Positions 27,735 through 45,519 of a DNA stretch of 64,000 bases are shown piece after piece. Source of the stretch: the human T2T-CHM13v2.0 reference genome, Homo sapiens. The notes beneath the pieces are model-generated. The model did not search any database. It worked only from the letters and a program-made list of their open reading frames with translations, and was not told the DNA's origin. Every line of letters begins with the position of its first letter. Positions within the stretch are counted from its first letter, which is position 1. The position numbers and the translations under genes are program-made. The stretch is taken from assembly GCF_009914755.1 (NCBI RefSeq), contig NC_060944.1, one strand, 5' to 3'.

Positions 27735-28370
27735 GTTAAGAGAGATGAAGAGTCCACAAATCTCTCCATACTATCTTCACAACTTTCTGTGAATTTGTAA
27801 TAATGTTTTTAAAAGTACACACATAAATGTACACTTTACTTGAATTGTACCCCCCATTTGTACATCTTACATAGTTAGGGTACCATATCAAGACCAGGAC
27901 TTTGGCTTTGGTACAATGTATGTATATATGTCTATGCCATTTTATCACATGTAGTGATTCCTGTAACCACCAGCACAATCAGTGTATAGAACTGTTCTAT
28001 CCCCACAAAGATGTGCTATACTTTTAAAGTTACATGTTCCCTCACTACCCCCACAATTGCTAAGCCCTGGCAACCTGTAATCTGTTTTCTATCTCCACAA
28101 ATATATAATATTGAGACTGTTATATAAATGAAATCATAGATTATATGACCATCTGGGATGGTCCTGTTTCCCTCTCAGCACGAGGCCCTAGCACTCCATC
28201 CACGTTGTTCCATGTATCAATAGTTCATTCTTTTTTATTGGTGAGTAGTATTTCATGGTATGCATGTACCATACTTTGTTTAACCACTCACTCATTGAGG
28301 GATAGTTTGGTTGTTTCTAGTTTTTGGCTATTACACATAAAGCTGGTATGAATAATACTGTACAGGTTAT
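27735..28370. mobile_element. Old L1M (MC-like) 3' fragments in opposite orientations
   Basis: L1M 3'UTR motifs (ccctggcaacc..taatctgttttctatctc, gagtagtatttcatggtatg). Confidence 0.6.
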
Positions 28371-28379
28371 TTTTTTGAT

Positions 28380-28553
28380 CGCTTGTATTACTAATATTTT
28401 TATATTGGTTATATATTAAAGTGGTAAACATTTTAGATAAAACAAAACAGATTAATTAAAATTAGTTTTACCTCTTTTGTGTTTCAAAATATGACTACTG
28501 GAGTATTTAAAATTAAAGATGTACCTTACATTATATTTCTACTGGACAGCATT
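28380..28553. mobile_element. MER33-like hAT fragment
   Basis: Terminus cattatatttctactggacagcatt. Confidence 0.6.
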
Positions 28554-29054
28554 ATGAAAGTGTAACTTGTAGGAGAGCAGCTGCAGGCCTACTCGTGATA
28601 CAGATATTGGGTTGGGAATGCTTTGAGTTCAGCCTTTATGGATAAAAAGGGGCAGGTCTTGCGAACTTGAAACAGAGCATTCCAGGCAAAAGGAACCAAG
28701 GATAAAGGCCTCAAGAGAGAAAATGATTTGCCTTGTTCAAGAAACAAAAGCAGCTCCTGTGGCTGAAGCAATACTTATTTAAGAGGAGAATGAAGTGGTC
28801 CACCATCTGTAAACATCGTCTAGATAGTCCCAGATTCTCCAGATTTTTTTATATTTTACATCAATGACACTAATATCCAAATACACCCATCTACTTTCTG
28901 AAGGTAATGACTAGGAAAACTAGATAAAGTATTTTCACAGTAAGTCTTTTAGCGAAGTAGGGTTTCCCCAAACAGATACTGGCCCATATTTTAATCCTGG
29001 AAATATCACTGTTATTTGTTTGTTTAAAACTTACTGGGAATTATGAGTAGATTA

Positions 29055-29545
29055 GTTGATCAGTTAGCTTTGGCTGCATATCACACCATCCCAACATTTA
29101 GTGACTTAAAATGACAACCATTTATTTGGCCCCAAATACTGTGGGCTGATAATTTGTGCTGGGTCCAGTTGAGTGGTTCTTATGGTCTTGCCTGTGTTTA
29201 TTCATATATTCTGTGGTCAGCTATGGGTTGTCTGGAAACTGACTGGTCTAGGATGGCCACATGGACTCTCATCTTTCAGCAGGGTAGCATGGGCTTGTTC
29301 TTGTGGTGGTATCAGGGTTCTGAGAGCACAGAAGAAATACCTCCTAAGACCTAGGCTAGGAAAAGGCACATAAGATTGGTTCCACTAGCTTCTATAAACA
29401 ATGAAAGCTATAAGACCAACGCAGATTCAATGGGTGGGGAAATTAGTCTGCTTTTCAAAGGGAGGAGCTTCAATGTCACATTGCCAATGATTGGCTACTG
29501 TGAGACATAGAGAATTAGGATTATGTTTGCAAACGACCACAATAA
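29055..29545 (-). mobile_element. Old MLT1 (K-like) LTR
   Basis: tttagtgacttaaaatgacaaccatttatttgg... antisense MLT1 pattern. Confidence 0.55.
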
Positions 29546-29549
29546 GTAA

Positions 29550-29768
29550 CAGTGGCATGCTTCTAAGTGGTTAAAAACTGGCTATGGAAAAAGGGTAAAC
29601 AAACCCTGATTGTAATGTCTGTCAACTTTTATGGTGCAAATACTTTCACATAGCTAATTTCAAGCTACCAATGTGACATTGCAGAACATTTTTTTAATTA
29701 AAAAATATTTTTAAAGATGAGCACAATTGGCTCTCACAAGCTCATGTGAGCCAGCTCCAGATACACTA
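29550..29768. mobile_element. MER63-like hAT MITE
   Basis: cagtggcatgct...gagccagctccagatacact. Confidence 0.55.
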
Positions 29769-31269
29769 AGAATAAACCCTAATTCTGGTAGTTGGCAGAG
29801 GAATGCTGTAATTTCTGGAATTCACCACTCAAGATATCACACTGAGATCTTCTGCCCTCTCTTAAAAAGGCAATTGCAAGGAGCTACATGTCCCACCAAC
29901 AGGTAAAAAGCCCCCCATATAATTGGGTATAAAGACTTTAGAAGTCTTTGCAACAGTAACTATGAGATACGTGGTAGGTGTTGTTCTCATCTAATTATCA
30001 AACTTCTCAGGTGATTGAAAATTGTATTGTGGGTGTGTGTGCATGTGTACACACAGCTGGCAATCAAAATGAGATCTTCCATAAATCATAACTGGAAACA
30101 CTGTCAAGTTTAACAACATCAGAGCCTGCTTTCTTTCCTTCAATCTTCAAGAATATAAAAACTGATGCATAGGAATTTCACATCAAGCCAGAGAACCTTA
30201 TGTAACCTTAATTTTGCTTTATTTAGATTGGTCAGATGGGTCACACAAACACTTGCATAATTCTGCTCTTTTCCATCTGAGGGTCATATGCTAGCACCAC
30301 CTCCTGGTGAGACTATGGGCTTCATATGGGCAACTGCAATGGTGTTCGACTTATTTCCAAAAATAAGTTACTGCTACCACTTGTTTGAAAACCTCAGAGC
30401 TGTACGTTTTCTTAAAGTTATGGTAGAAATAAGTTGTCAAGCTGTCCACTTTTAATGTCATTGATTATATGAATTTTAAACGATAGAGTATTGGGTATAA
30501 GAAACTTTCCTGTTGAAGAAGACTGGGCCAAATAAGAAGGGAATTTGCTGTTACGAGTAAAGAATGGAATCTTCTGAGTAGTTAAATACTACAAAGTTGT
30601 AGTACAATTTTAGATAAAAAATCATAGTTCTTTAGGGTTTTGTTTGTTTCTTTCTTTTAAACCACTAGAATCTGTCATTGGATATTGCCTTGTCCCCAAA
30701 CAATCTAACATTCTGAGCAAATAGAAATGGTAGTCCTGTTGACATGTCAGCTTCAAACTGAACTTTCCATGTATAGAAACCCCTGCTATGGTGTATAAGT
30801 CTCACCTTCTGACTCTTCTCTTCATATTTGCTTCTCTATAACAGCAAGTATGCCAAAGGGAAAGGGCAAGAATGGGCTTGGTTTGTGCAGCCTAAGTCAG
30901 ATGAACTGAGAGTCACAATAAGAGAAGCAAAAACAATAATAACTAGCCTCTGACTGTCACTCCCTTCCAAATCTGAAGATGCCCACTTCTATTGTAAAAT
31001 CTTTTCAGATTCTCACTTACAGCCTGCCACCTGAGGCTCTCAAACCCCAGAAGAACCTGAGGATAATCCTGGCATGAGGGGGATAAAGGCAACCAGGGCA
31101 CTAAAGGCTTTCAGAATTATACGGCAAAACAGAGGCACTGCACGTGGATTACGCAGTAAACTGGCTGTGGGCAAGTGACAAGTGATTTGCATTCCAAGCA
31201 AAAATCTGTGGTAGATTAAGATTATTTTAATTTTCTCTCCTTTCTCTCTTCCCTTAGGGCTCTCTCCAT

Positions 31270-32040
31270 CTTTTCTTTGACAAGTATTTTTTGTGCACCT
31301 GCTGAAGCCGGGCACTGTCCATGGTACTGAAGACGCAATAGGGAGGCAGACAAAGATCCTTACCACCCTTATGGGGCTCTCAGGATAGGAGAGAAAACAA
31401 TAAACAAGTAAATAGGAAAATTACGTAGTATATTAGAAGATGATAAGGCCCGTGAGAAAAAAATAAAAGCAGAAAAGGGAATGGCGAATGCTGTGGCAGG
31501 GGAAAAGAATTTTTATATTGTGTGGATAGGGATGAGAGGATGTCCTTAAATTAAGAAGGTGATATTTGAGCAAATATTTGAAGTTAGAAAGGATACCGTT
31601 CATTAGAGTATCTGGCCAAAGAGTTCTAGTAAGAGTCAACAGCAAGTGCAAGGCCTGGAGATGTGGATATTCCTGGTGGGTTCAAGGAATAGCAAGGAGG
31701 CTTGTGAACCTGAAGAAGGGTAAGCAAAGGGCCAAACAGACGGACATGAGACAGAGATGGAACAGGAAGTCAGGCCGCACAGGGCAGTAGTTCTTCAAGT
31801 GTGGTCGCAGACCAGCAGCATCAGCATCACTGGGGAGCTTGTTTAAAAATGCAAATTTTGGAGTTCCACCACAAACCTACTGACTCAGTAGCTCTGAGGG
31901 GTGGTGCAGGGAGACTCAGCCATCCATTTTGACAAAGCTCTCCAGATGATTCTGATGTGCACTCAAGTCTGAGCAGCTGTGATTGAGGGCATCAGCTGCC
32001 ACTGCAGGGCTTTGGTTTTTTTTCTCTGAGTGGAATGAAA
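31270..32040. mobile_element. L2 remnant containing a MER5A (about 31785-31980)
   Basis: Purine-rich L2 pattern plus a MER5A core. Confidence 0.65.
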
Positions 32041-32141
32041 ATTGATTTGATTGTTTAATTACTTAATCTAAAACAATGATTTCAGTTTTGATGTAATTAA
32101 GTGATTGTATGGTTTCCAGGTATATTCATTTTCCTAGACCA

Positions 32142-32773
32142 CGCTGGGGCTCAGAAACTAATACCCCAAAATATGGCATTTTGACATGCTGAACTGAAGA
32201 AGCCTCAAGGATCCTCTGGCCTCCCTCCCTCCACCACCCAAAGTCTCTCCCAAAGAAGCTGAAGTTCCTTTATCTGCCTAAGATCCAGACCCACCAAGGT
32301 GAACAATTGTTTTTTTCTTCCTTTCCCTGTTATCTCATTATCTGTTGCAGAAAAGAAGACCAAGATGTGACCACACCTGAGAAGACCTTTTTTATGGGCA
32401 TAATGAATTGTCTCCAATGACTACGTAAATTCTAGAGAAGGCTATTTACAAGTTAATATTTATTCCCCTTTCTATCATTTATTGCCCCTCAATAGAATTA
32501 TTCTTCTCCCACCTCTCACAACTGGTCTTACCAGGATACAAGCTCCCATTCTTTCTTTAACCTCAAGATAAAATATAAGTTTCTGTAACCTATTGGAAGA
32601 GGGGTCTTCATTCTAAAGGCATTTTAGAATGCCTTCATTCTAAAGGCATTTATTTAATGCCCCTACTAAAGGCATTAAATAAATTTGTATTTCTTTTCTC
32701 CTATTAATCAATCTTCCTCACGTCAGTGATTTTCCAGTGAATCTTTAGGGGCCAAAAGCCTATGGCTCCTACA
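32142..32773 (+). mobile_element. MER39/MER34-group ERV1 solo LTR
   Basis: (c)gctggggctcagaaactaataccccaaaatatggc ... ggctcctaca. 4-bp TSD acca at 32138-32141 and 32774-32777. Confidence 0.75.
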
Positions 32774-33289
32774 ACCACAAAAGGTAGCACAGTGAAATGA
32801 TCATTTAGGATATGTCTCCTTAGCATGGTCTCCTGGGGGCTTTCTTCAGCCCCTCTGGGCTCTTCTCTGGACAATAGCTGGTCCTGGAAGACAGAAGGCC
32901 CTTCAGATAACTATATACTACAATAGAAGCTTGGGGTTTATCTGTAGAGGTCTTTTACTATGATTCTTGAATAATTTTGGCACTGGAATTTTAATATATC
33001 TAATTTATAATTTAGCATAATTTGGTGCCTATGTGATGGGAAAATCAGCAAAATATTGTCAGTGCTATACACCATGCATTGGGAGTTAATAACACTTGCA
33101 TTTCCAACTGTGATCACTTCTTGGTCATCTTTTCTAAGATAACATGATGATGTTCACCATGTTCAATCAATATGATTATGGGAATGCTGGTTTAGGATGA
33201 TGGCGCTAACAAGAAGACTACCTAAAATGTCACCAGCAACAACAGCAACAAAAGCTTCACAATGTTTATGGATTTCACATGCTCCCCTT

Positions 33290-33668
33290 TCTGTAATATG
33301 GAACTCACCCTAGAAATTAGCTGCCCAGCTTACAACTGGGCAAACATGTGCCCAGCTCCCTTTGCATCCAGGTACTGCCATGTGACTTATCCTGGCCAAT
33401 AGCATGTGCACAGAAGTGAAATAATTCACTTCCAGATTAGGGATTTTATGTAGGCTGGATGCAGAGAAGAACAAAGTGCAGGGGTGGTGGTAAAACTTCA
33501 AGGTAGAAGGAGCCTGGATCCCTGAACTGCTGTATGGAGGAAATCCACTTGCTGACCAGGAGCACCTGCACTGGACTTCATGCAAGCAAGAAATTAAATT
33601 CTACTGGACTAAGCTAATGAAGTTCTGGGGTCTAGTTGTTATAACAATGGGCATTACTCTAATATACT
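33290..33668 (+). mobile_element. Old MLT1 (J-like) LTR
   Basis: gccatgtgactta..ctggccaat...ggagcctggatccctga...ctctaatata. Confidence 0.6.
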
Positions 33669-35829
33669 TATCATTTTTTTTTCTGATAACAACACTATGC
33701 TGTCAGCAAATAGCATTAGCCTCACATCAAAGAGAAAAAAGCTAAGTATCAGAATGAAATCACTTGCCTAAGGTCACTCAGCTAGGTAGTGGCAGATGCA
33801 GGATTCATGTCAAACTCCTCTGGCTTTTAATATATGTTTATTACATTATATTTAATGAGCCAAGGAATGGAATGCAAATATAAAATGGCAACAATGGTGG
33901 TTATTAGCCACTATGTGAATTTTCAGCAGTAACATTTTTAAGGAAGACTGTCAGTCAATAGAGTTGTTAATAAAATTATCACATAGTTTAGAAGATGGAT
34001 TCTATTGTAATACATTATAGCAGATTAAGTTTTGCTCCTTTAAATGTATAAATCAATGAAGCAAAAACCATTACAATGGTAAAATCTGATGTGGTTTGGG
34101 GCAATATTTTGTTTTTACCCAACCTTGATTTTAGTCTAGAAGTTTTACATTCCTACGAAGCAATCCCACTATGTGACTGGCCCCTTGTTGGTCTGGCAAA
34201 ATAACATCGAGGAAGGAAATATTGCTAGAATAATAACTCCTAATTTCTGTGCTTGAAGCTGTGTCTAAGAGGTATTTAATGTGAAGTTTCTAGTGAAGTT
34301 TATTTAAATAGCATTGTCATTTCCCTCTCTCTGTTATGCATAATAATAAACCTTTGAAATTCAAATCTTTGAAAAATGCCAAAATGCATTTTCCTCTTCA
34401 ACTTAATACTACTATTTAATTTGGGTAAGTTTGTAGAACAGTGGGATCTCAGGCAATTTTAAAATGGAAAGGGGCTTATTGATCCTACTTTCAGTAATGT
34501 CAGATTTATGAAATATGTAAACTCAGCAAAAATTACCCTTCCCTTTGGAAATGTAAGGCAGGACTACACCTTGGAGACCATATCCAGCAGGCTTTTTCTG
34601 AGCTCTCGAGTAAAGGTAAGGAATCTTACATTACCATTGAGAGGGTCAGTTTTAAAATATATTCCCTCAGTAGGAGAAGATGCGAACTTTTTGAATAACA
34701 CGAGTGCTTAAAGGTATTGCTTTATATTTCTACTTTTCTATGTGTAACTGGCTTTTGTTGCCTCCCATTTAAGAATCACAAACTAGAAATTATCCATAGG
34801 CTCATCAGTAGTGGAATGCATAAATAAATTGAGGTATATTCCTACATTGCAATGCTACATAGCAGGGAGAAAGAACCATTTGGAAAAGTTCAATGAATTC
34901 CACAAACATAAAGTTGATTGAAAGAAAAAGGCAGCTACGAATAAGTGCATATTTTACCTCATGATGGGGGATTTTATAAATAGGTCACAGGCAGAAAGTC
35001 CCTTCCATCAGGATTACACTGTACCATAGAAAGAGCCCCAGATGACATATCAGAATGGTCAACATAGAGTGACGTGTCTTCTCTGGGGCTCAATTATCTC
35101 ACCTGAGCAAGGCTCCATAGATCCTAACCAAGAGTGTAGAGCTTTAATGTAAACTGAAAGGAACTCAGCATTTCCTTTTCTCCCTAAACTGTTCAGTGGG
35201 TTGACACCCTCTTTATAAAGAACATGAGAAAAGTCATCACAAGAAATGCTTCAACCTCCAATGGTTCCCTCCAGTAAATCAGACCTCAGTCAGTCCCATC
35301 CAGCTCTAAAATTCTATGATTCTTAGCTGTTTTGGGAATCAGGACTATGGAAATCAACAAGGCATATATCAAAAATGGCTGACAAACTGCAATATTACAG
35401 CATCTATACTATATTTATCTACCCAGACACAAACATTTTGATTACACAATGGAACTTTGTCAGATAGCCTTTAACCCTTAGGGAACATCATTTCGTTTTT
35501 ATAAAATAACCAAGAGATTTGCTGCTGCTGTGGTTTTTAATTATTTCGCCCACATTCTTCTGTAGTTATCGTCTTGTGTCCTAAGTAGTACCAAAGGCAA
35601 TATTCATGCTTGGATGATAGTTATTGTTTTAAAAAATGGTTCATAGCCTTCAGCTTCATGTTACATATTGTAGCCTCATAAATACAAGGCTAAAAGACAT
35701 TTACAATCAGAAAAACATCCATTGAGATGCTGCCTTGACCCATAAATGTCTAATTATTTTACTAAAAAAAAGAATCCCTCAAAAAATGGGTATGGCAGGC
35801 ATATTTTGGTACTACAACTTGTGAGTCTT

Positions 35830-36117
35830 TTTGTTTTTTTAACAGGCAGAGTCTTGTTCTGTTGCCCAGGCTAGAGTCATGATCATGGCCCTGAATTCCT
35901 GGGCTCAAGTGATCCTCCCACCTCAGCCTCCCAAGTAGCTGGAACTATAGGTGCACACCACCATGCCCAGCTAAATTTTTCTGTTTTTTTTTTTTTTTGT
36001 AGTGATGAAGTTTCCCTGTGTTGCCTAGGCTGGTCTCAAACTCCTGGGCTCAAGAGATCCTCCCACCTTGGCCTCCCAAAGTGTTGAAATTATAGGCATG
36101 AGCCACTGTGCCTGGCC
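35830..36117 (-). mobile_element. AluJ
   Basis: Diverged dimer with a degenerate TSD starting aacttgt. Confidence 0.85.
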
Positions 36118-36377
36118 AACTTGTAAGGCTTGAAAGGACAACTGGATAGTCACCATTGTGTATCAGTTATTAAAATGCTGAGTTATTTGATAAAGCAGGA
36201 AATGTGGCATTCAATTTAATATCTCATCCACCCACTCCCCTGGGCCCACAAATCCATTCCTCCTGGCCACATGAATGCTGGCTGGAGACTTTAATTTTCA
36301 AACTCCCTTGCTGCTAGCTGTGAACATGTGGCAAAATTCTTGCCATTAAGATAAGCGGAAATTATGTGTGACTTCTA

Positions 36378-36692
36378 GCTTTTCTTTCTTTATTTTTTGA
36401 GTCAGGGTCTTGCTCTGTGACCCAGACTGGAGTGCAGTGGCATGATCACAGATCACTGTAGTCTCAGTCTCCTGGGCTCAAGTCATCCTCCCACCTCAGC
36501 CTCCTGATTAGCTGGGACTACAGTTGCACTCCACCAGGTCTCAATATTTCTTTTCTTTTCTTTTTTTTTTTTTGAGATGGGGTCTCGTTATGTTGTCCAA
36601 AAGCTGACCTTGAACTTCTGGCCTCAAGCAATCCTCCTACCTTGGCCTCCTAAAGTGCTGGGATTACAGGTGTGAGCCACTGTGCATGGCTG
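36378..36692 (-). mobile_element. AluJ inside an old LTR (about 36200-36950)
   Basis: Diverged dimer. Confidence 0.85.
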
Positions 36693-37833
36693 GTCATTTT
36701 TCTAAAGATATAGAAATGCTTGCCCTGCACTTGGCCCCTATTTTTCCTTCCCACTGCTTAGAAATGGTGATAATTAGAAGAACCTTGAAAACCATATCTT
36801 AAGGATGGCAGAGCCTTTCAGTTTTACTGGACCCCTGGGTTATGTTGTGGACTCCATGGCCCAGGCTATTAAGAAAGAGAAATAAGCCTCCGTCTTTAAT
36901 GTATAGGATGTTGTAAGACTCTTTGCTACAATATCTCAGCCTTTTCCTTAACTAGCCTGCCAGGAAAGTGCTTTCTGTTTAGTTGTAAATGAGCTGAAGA
37001 AGAAGGGAAGGAGGAAGGGAAAAGTAGAGTTCAGCACTATTTCTCAGAATAACAGAAATGAGAAAGAATCCGATATAACTTTACAAAGATATTTACAGAC
37101 ATGCCCTCCATTTGAGGGCATAACTTGAGTCATATAATTGAAATTAGCCATTTACTGTATTGAAACAAGCATGATATAGCCTCCTGACTGCCCACAGGAA
37201 GACACTAATAGCAAGCTGGAGTCCAGTGACAATAACAGAAAGAATGAAAGGTCAGGCATCATTCTTCAATGCAGTGAGAACTTGGAAAAAAAAAAAAAAC
37301 TTCAACAAAAGCACAACAACAGCAAAAGGCGGAATGAAAAAAAAAAAAGAGAAAGAAAGAAAGAATGAAACCACAAAAACAAAAAGCAAAACCAAGTAGG
37401 AAATACTACCGTGGAGACAAGTTCTGTTCCACAACATTTTGAGTTATGACATTAGATTGCCTGATCAATGATACCCATTTCCTTGTTCTCCAAGTGGCCT
37501 TCTTACTTCTGGCTACAATGTCTCCCCACCTCCACCACCATAAGCTCAGATGAACAAGAAAAAACAAAACAAAATGCAAAACAAAACAAAACAAAAAAAC
37601 AAATAGCAAAAAGTTGTTGAGTGCTTTGTATGTGTGTTTGTATCTGTGTGTATGTATAGGTATGTTGCTTGTCACATTGATTTTTAGCATAACTCTATGA
37701 GATATGGATGAGTATTGTTACTATTCTTAGTTTTAGATGAAAAGATGACAACCTTACAGTGAATCAGTGACAGATCTAGTCTTCCACATTCTTAACCATG
37801 ATGCCACATTTCTCCCTCTCAGCCAGGGCAGAG

Positions 37834-38651
<818 letters not shown>

Positions 38652-40640
38652 AGAATTTCGTAACTTAAAGCCCATAATGTATATATGCAGATTTATGTAT
38701 GTGTGTTTATTCCAAATGGTTCCACATATGAAATGAGAAATTGTTGCATGCTCTGTTAGTACCTTTTCAAAACATTTCCTGCCTAATGTGTTTAATAGTA
38801 TCTAAAATCACTTAAGTAATAGTAGCTTGCCAGTATTAAGGATATTCATTTTTGAATATATGGTTAATAATTATACCAAATAGATCAGAAGCTGAGAAAT
38901 GGAAATTTGAGTAGAATCTCCTTGAACCATTTGAGTCATGACAGCTTCCACTGAGAACAAGAGGAAAGAACTATTTTCCTTAAGAATTGCTTTTTCACAT
39001 AATTTGTCCTTTAAAAAGAGAAGCCGCATGTTAGGGTATCCATCTAAGAATTTAAATTCATAGCTCTCTCATACAACCTAAGACAATAGCACATGTACTC
39101 CTAAATTCATACTGAAAGCACATAAATCCAACCAAAGTGGTAATAGAAACCTAAACATAAAGCATGTACATATCTATGTCTTTGTTTTTTCAGAGGAAAT
39201 TTTGAGCCTAATGGAGTATTTTCATTTTTTTTCCTTTGTGATATGTTGCCTGAAGAATGTATAAGGGAGTCTATTCTTGCCTGAATTTAAATCCTTCATG
39301 ATTAGATGAAAAATATAATGTTATGTTTATACACAAAGATGATATCTACCTGCCTTCAGCAGGATGCCAGATCATGAAGGCTGAGTCATCCACTCTTTCT
39401 CATTTGCCCTTTCTTATAATGAAGGAAAATAGCCAGGATTAGGTAAGGGAGTCAACAGATGGACCAGTAACAAGGGGACTGGCGACTTGGAAAGGGAACC
39501 TGTGAATTTTACGAGAGCATAACACTGAGAACGAGAACGACACTTTTGCATATTGGAGTGGCATGCTCAAACCAATAAACAAAAGCATGTTAGAAGTTGT
39601 ATCAGCTGTTCCTGGATACCAGGGTGCTATTTACTTGACTGACATCATCACCTCTGTTCTACTGATAAATTTTATTAAGATGCTTTCAGTTTTGTTAATT
39701 TGATCTGGATCTATTAAGGCAGTTACCTAAGTGCAGAAATAAAAGGGAATATCCACATCTATACTGGGCATTGCTGGGGAAGGCACGAGGAGCCTGCATG
39801 CAGATCAGCACTGACTCAGTGGCCTCCTGGTGCCCAATATCATGGCATATTCGAGAGATCTTTTCCTTGGATCCACAGGATCATAAGAGACATTTTTAAT
39901 GTATAATGGAACACAAAATCCAACCTTGTGCTGATTGTAGAATCAGTGGACATGTCTATAATAAAAGTGATTTACAAAAAATATTGTTATATTCATAATT
40001 ACACATGCTGTAATGCAATATATGTAACACATCTTTTAAGACACACACAGCAAATATTCAAACAGTGGGCAATATCCATTTTTGGAGGTAAAATGTCATT
40101 TGGTTTTTATTTTAGATCTAGTAAAAAGTGTATTTAGGATGGTTTCTCTTGAACTCAGATTACCAATATATTTACTTGCTAGTTTTTATTTCTTATATAC
40201 TTATCTATATACACATGACAGTGTTACATATATAACAAGCCTCCTTCTAGAAATATCTTAAAGAAACTGAATTTCCCTTTTTAACTTTTATTTTAAGTGA
40301 TTATGTTATTTTTAAGTGGTTCACATATGCCTTTTCTTCTATATTTAGGTGCAATCATATCAAAAGTCCTCCTCTACTTTGCTTGGACTAGAATTTCTTT
40401 TTGGATTAAAATTTGAGGTTTTTGTAGGAAAGTATATCAAAAAATAATATTGTTTTTCTCAAGAAAAAGAGAGAAGAGCTTTATCTATCATCATCTAGGC
40501 AACATCCAAGCTGAGAGCATCTCTGCCTTGGTTTGGGTACTGAGAAGTGGCCACAAGCTAATTCCAATTTTGCTTTCTAATTTACCCTACGAGAAGAAAC
40601 CCAGCCAAGCCTAAGTTATTATAAAGGTACACCTCACTTT

Positions 40641-42807
<2,167 letters not shown>

Positions 42808-43247
42808 TTAAAATAGGCCCTGTTCCTGTCAAAGAACTCCTGATCCTTAATAAAAATCAGCCACACACTACAGAAATCTAGATAAGAAAGAGCTTTGTTC
42901 CTAGTCTCTGAATGTGGAATTTGTTGAAGGAATGAACAAATGAAAGAAAGAAGAGAGATAATCAGCGAGGAAGGACAAAAAAAACTAGATTTTCCTACAG
43001 AGGTAATCTTGATATAGCCATATATTATAGATTAATTCAGCTTTTGAAGGCAGCCTAGGAACTAACGCATCAATTTTTAAAATAATTTCCATGAAAATTT
43101 TTTACTCCAAATTATGCTTACATGACAATAACTGGAAATGCAACCCATTTATATACATAACATTTAATGAATGCCTGATATATTTCAGTATGTATGGTTA
43201 TTTTATTTAATATACATGTGAAATCCTGGCACATACTAGATACTCAG

Positions 43248-43611
43248 TGATATAGTTTGGCTGTGTCTCCACCCAAATCTCCTCTTGAATTGTAGCTCCC
43301 ATAATTCCCACCTATCATGGGAGGAAGCCTGTGGGAGGTAATTGAACCATGGGGGTGGGTCTTTCCTGTGCTGTTCTCATGATAGTGAATAAGTCTCACA
43401 AGATCTCATGGTTTTATAAAGGGGAGTTCCCCTGTACACGCTCTCCTGCCTGCTGCCATGTAAGATGTAACTTTGCCCCTCCTTCACCTTCTGCCGTGAT
43501 TGTGAAGCCTCCTCGGCCATGTGGAACTGTGAGTCAATTAAACCTCTTGCCCTTACAAATTACCCAGTCTCGCGTATGTCTTTATTAGCAGCTTGAGAAC
43601 AGACTAATACA
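43248..43611 (+). mobile_element. THE1 solo LTR
   Basis: tgatatagtttggctgtgt...agactaataca with 5-bp TSD ctcag. Confidence 0.92.
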
Positions 43612-44242
43612 CTCAGTAAATCCTAAAAAGCAAAAAGTTGAAAATAAGTATCTGTTCAATCTCAGAATTACAATAATATATTTCCTTTCCTTTTACTTTG
43701 CCCACATATACAGATAGGAAGTATAGATACAAATAGATGGCTCTTGAACAGTAGTCTGCATTTGGTAATTCTTGAGCAGCAATAGCTTCACCTATAAAGG
43801 AGGCAGCAAATGCAATTCCTGCATTAGATGGGAAATGTCTATTAGATCCTTGAGGTCCCTTCTGACTCTAAGGTACAGAGACTCAAAGAATAATGCTCAC
43901 CTCCCCTTCTCTCTACCTATTCATCTTTATGCAAAACAATTGCCCATATGAAAGGAAAAAAATAACATGGGCAAGAGAGAAATCTTAACATTAAGTGACA
44001 GACATAGAATGTTTTTAGTGTGTTTGACATATTATTACACTTAAAATAACTACAAAATACCAGTTGGCCTTCCTGTTATAACAGATGGAAGAAACCTGGC
44101 ACCTAATCCTTAATGTGTTTCCAGGAAAGGGATTCAAATTGTGTTTATTATCATATTTACTGGAAAAGAAAAAAAAAGAATTAAAAAAGAAATGAATCTC
44201 TCAAATCTCTTTCCTTAAATAAAAGCAATAATACTTTTAAAT

Positions 44243-44453
44243 AGGTGCATTCCAAGAGAACTTTTTTCAAATGCTGGACATGTGTCAGTATCTGTCAATA
44301 GAGTAGCCGTGAGCTACATGGAGGTTTTGAGCACTGGAAATGTGGCTGCTGAGACTGCAGAGTTAATTTTTAAAATTATATTTAATTTCCATTAATTTTG
44401 TTCAATTTAAATAACCACATGTGGCTAGTAACTTCCACACTGGATAGTACATC
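44243..44453. mobile_element. MER3-like hAT MITE
   Basis: ttgagcactggaaatgtggct...aaataaccacatgtggctagt. Confidence 0.7.
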
Positions 44454-45519
44454 TCTAAAGCCTTGGAGGTTATATGTTATCTGAGGAGATGTCAACAGTA
44501 TTTATAAATGATTCTACTATTATTTATCTGGTTGATTTAATGGCAGTTTATCTGCCTCCTAACTTTTCCTCTTATCTGTTCTAACAATAATCAAGTTGAA
44601 ACTGTTCTTTGAGCTCCTACTTGTCCATCAGTATACTGTATTATAGTTTTTATGGGACATTTCTGCCCACAGACCCCCTCTGGGAAATTTTCCCTTGCCC
44701 ACAATCCTACCGCATGGAAGCCTAATTGTTGTAGACAACATACTTGCCCTACCAACCCCCAGCACTCCTGGGAGGGCCACTGACCCCAGTGCAGTCTGCT
44801 CATAAGCTGCCCAATAAGGAGCTTAAAATCTGGTGAGAAAAGTTAAACTGGGCTAATTGGAAACATGGATTTAGAATCAGAAAACTAGGAGATTCTGCTA
44901 GTTAGCATGCAAATGGGACTGATGTAATACATTTTGATATGTTGTGCTACAGAAGACTCTGGGCTGCATAATGGCCCCATGTAAATGGGAATTATGAGGA
45001 AAGAAAAGCCCCAAAAGCCAGGAAGTCTAGCAGCAGAAACAGAATGAGAATGGCACGGCCTTGCTGAAGGGAGTAAGACTGAGTTTCCAAGTCTGCTTCT
45101 ACTGTGGCCTATTTTTAGCTATCCTTGAGATCCACAGTTCTAACAATGACTCCTCACCCTTTTTTTTTCCTGAGCTAACCAAGAGAGTCTCTGATTACTA
45201 AGATACATAGATTCAACAGGCATATGTGGAATTGAACCCTCTCCCTGCCTACCCCTCAAAAAGAACTTGAGACCCTATGTGTCCTGAAGTCAGTGTACTT
45301 GGGGATCAATACTAGAGGAAGAATACGATACAAGCTTTCTTATATGTTTCCCTCTGAGGTACTTCCCTCTATAGATCTTGCTGTGGAGTAATCTTTGACA
45401 TTTCTTTGACATTGGAATCTTAACTGATTTTGTTATTTGAAATGAGGAAAGTCATATGGAACAGGCTGAGATGTCCTGGTTTGGCAGACAAAGGAAGGCA
45501 AAATTTGGCAGGATTCTTG

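Noticed and set aside
37285-37612. A-rich tracts resembling retrocopy tails
   Set aside because: No upstream mRNA-like body or TSD; treated as low complexity.
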